A DNA stretch of 64,000 nt, taken from Candidatus Bathyarchaeota archaeon (GTDB lineage: Archaea > Thermoproteota > Bathyarchaeia > Bathyarchaeales > Bathycorpusculaceae). Numbering within the stretch: the stretch's first letter is position 1; each line of letters opens with the position of its first letter. The translations under genes and the position numbers were made by a program. Below the pieces are notes generated by a model that saw only the letters and a list, made by a program, of their open reading frames with translations, was not told the origin of the DNA and did not search any database. Shown here one piece after another: positions 62,103 through 64,000 of this stretch. The stretch covers positions 64,001 through 128,000 of the forward strand of contig CAWABA010000001.1 of assembly GCA_963780185.1 (NCBI GenBank). The letters run 5' to 3'.

Positions 62103-62786
62103 ATGCTGCTTTCCATAATAATTCCCGTGTACAACGAGGAATTAACGATAGGCGACATAATCGACCGCGTAAAAGCAGCTGCCCTGCAAACAGGATTAGA
62201 AACTGAAGTAATAGTGGTGGATGACCATTCATCGGACAGGTCGCTTTTGCAAGCCTCCAAACGCAACGTCAAAGTTTACTCGTTAAAGCTGCATTTAGGG
62301 AAGGGCTACGCTTTGCGGGCGGGTTTCGCCAAGGCAAAAGGCGACGTAATAGTCACTTTGGACTCAGATGGTTCGCATCGTCCCGAAGAGCTGTCGGAAA
62401 TTTTAGCTCCGATCTTGCAGGGTGAGGCAGACCTTGTGATCGGCTCAAGATACATGAACCATAAACACGTGGCTGCAAGGCGGCTGAACGCTTTCGGCGT
62501 TCGACTCTTCAATAGCTTCATACAGCTGCTAACTGGCGCCGCTGTAACTGATTCCCAGTCAGGCTACCGCGCTATGAAACGGGAAGTTATGAAAAGCCAA
62601 AAATTAAAGTCAGGCGGATATGAAATAGAATCAGAAATGCTCGTGAAAACAGCCAAGAAAAAATCTCGAATCACCGAGGTGCCGATTAGTTTTGAGCAGC
62701 GAACCTACGGCCGCTCAGGCGTGGATCCGTTGTGGGACGGCTTCAAGATTCTGGTGTCGATAGTTTCAGCTTACATGCGGGGTTAA
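62103..62786 (+). CDS. GT2 DPM1-like polyprenol-phosphate glycosyltransferase
   Basis: SIIIPVYNEE, VVDDHSSD, GKGYA, LDSDGSH, GSRY, TDSQSGYRA, YEIESE. Confidence 0.92.
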   Translation: MLLSIIIPVYNEELTIGDIIDRVKAAALQTGLETEVIVVDDHSSDRSLLQASKRNVKVYSLKLHLGKGYALRAGFAKAKGDVIVTLDSDGSHRPEELSEILAPILQGEADLVIGSRYMNHKHVAARRLNAFGVRLFNSFIQLLTGAAVTDSQSGYRAMKREVMKSQKLKSGGYEIESEMLVKTAKKKSRITEVPISFEQRTYGRSGVDPLWDGFKILVSIVSAYMRG

Positions 62787-62791
62787 GCGGG

Positions 62792-63785
62792 TTGGCTGAC
62801 GAACTGTTTCCTAAGGTTTCAATTATCGTCGCATCCTACAACAACGAGCAGACCATAGAGGAATGCCTCAAATCCATTTTGGCGCTTGATTACCCCGCGG
62901 GCTTCGTTGAAGTCATAGTTATGGATGGGGCGTCAAAGGACGGCACCGTAAAAAAAGCTGAGCAGTTCCCGGTTAAGGTTGTTTCAATCCGCTTGAACGC
63001 GCCTGCCGCCTACAACTACGCCATGAAAAACGTGGCGGCAAACCCGATTTTAGGCTTCATCGACTCCGACGCAAAAGTGGAGCCGCAGTGGCTACGAAAA
63101 CTTGTCCCCCGCCTAGGCGAAGCCGCAGGTTGCGGGCGTCAGCGGCACCATCGAAACTTGGAACGCCGAAAACCCGTGGGCAAAAAACATCGGGTACGAA
63201 CTCAAAAACCGTTACCGCCGCATAGGCAAGTACACAAGCCGAATCGCCACCATGAACTTGCTGCTGAAAAAGGCGGTTATCGAGGAGGCTGGCGGATGGG
63301 ATGAGAACCTTCCAAGCCAATACGACACCGACTTAGGTTTCCGCCTAAGCGCAAAAGGCTACAAGATTGCCTATGAACCCAGCGCAGTCTGCTACCACTA
63401 CAACAGGCCGACGCTTAGAGGTTACTATAAGCAGCAGCGGCAGTACGGGAAGAACACTTTGAAACTTTATTTCAAGCACGGCGGCTTAGCGAAAGGCGAT
63501 GAAATCACCGATTTCGGAATGAACATCCAGCCCGTGCTTCTTTTGGCGGTCATCGTTTTTTTCCTTGTCGGAATCATTCCCGCTGTCAGGCTTCTCTGGC
63601 TTGGGTCAGGCGTAATCTTAGTCTTCATGCTTCTCTACTTCGACTACTGCGCCACCCGAATCGCCGTCAAATTCCACGACACAGACGCTTTTCGCCTCGT
63701 TGTGCTGTATTTTGTGCGGGCGTGGGCTTGGTTTGTCGGGGCAACAGCAACCGCCCTTCGGTATCTGACTGGGAGGCGCACCTGA
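62792..63785 (+). CDS. GT2 family glycosyltransferase with C-terminal TM helices (frameshift near 63120)
   Basis: VSIIVASYN, VMDGASKD, FIDSD, GGWDE...DTDL.FRL...GYKI. Confidence 0.85.
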
Positions 63786-64000
63786 TGCCGCCTAAGGTTT
63801 GCTTCATTTCGCCCGAGTATTGGCCGCTCACGGGAGGCACAGGCTCCTATGTCTACTACCTGTCCAACGAACTCCTAAAAAACGGCTACAAAATCTACGT
63901 CGTCACAGGAGGCAACCAAGCCCAAGACATCCAAGTTAACCCGCAGCTAAACGTGTCTTTCCTCAAAATCCCAAAGACACCCATCGTCAAATCGTTTATG
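63785..64000 (+). CDS. GT4 family glycosyltransferase, N-terminus only (3'-truncated)
   Basis: TGATG overlap with the previous stop; translates MPPKVCFISPEYWPLTGGTGSYVYYLSNELLKNGYKIYVVT. Confidence 0.8.
   Translation, partial: MPPKVCFISPEYWPLTGGTGSYVYYLSNELLKNGYKIYVVTGGNQAQDIQVNPQLNVSFLKIPKTPIVKSFM

Noticed and set aside
412-63320. Numerous short antisense or alternate-frame ORFs in the track (e.g. 8156-8731, 11495-12112, 20234-20899, 56714-57346)
   Set aside because: They shadow well-supported genes and have no recognisable motifs.
19563-63785. Calling the many split genes pseudogenes or programmed frameshifts
   Set aside because: Breaks are single-base indels with intact catalytic motifs and no consistent slippery site; assembly error is more parsimonious.

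Overview
Archaeal genomic window. The gene content (PQQ-like beta-propeller surface proteins, PEF-CTERM-like tails, MtrH plus corrinoid protein, double Lrp, frequent TTG/GTG starts, T-tract terminators) suggests Bathyarchaeia; this is an inference. Its dominant feature is a dense set of radical SAM genes: nine cobalamin-binding, two AhbD/NirJ-like SPASM and one HemN-like. These are interleaved with three Dph6-like PP-loop ligases, cobamide genes (cbiB, cobD), an MtrH/corrinoid pair, GT-C/GT2/GT4 glycosyltransferases, an orphan RnfD-ferredoxin fusion and a catalase. Two AT-rich inserts carry HEPN-like and XRE-GIY-YIG genes. The most striking non-coding signal is a five-copy intergenic element of about 181-185 bp. 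It has an 18-bp palindrome and a GGGAGGG box at a nearly invariant 132-133 bp offset, despite a diverged middle. Many genes are broken by 1-bp indels, several in homopolymers, which is probably sequencing/assembly error. No rRNA, tRNA, CRISPR array or transposase was recognised.
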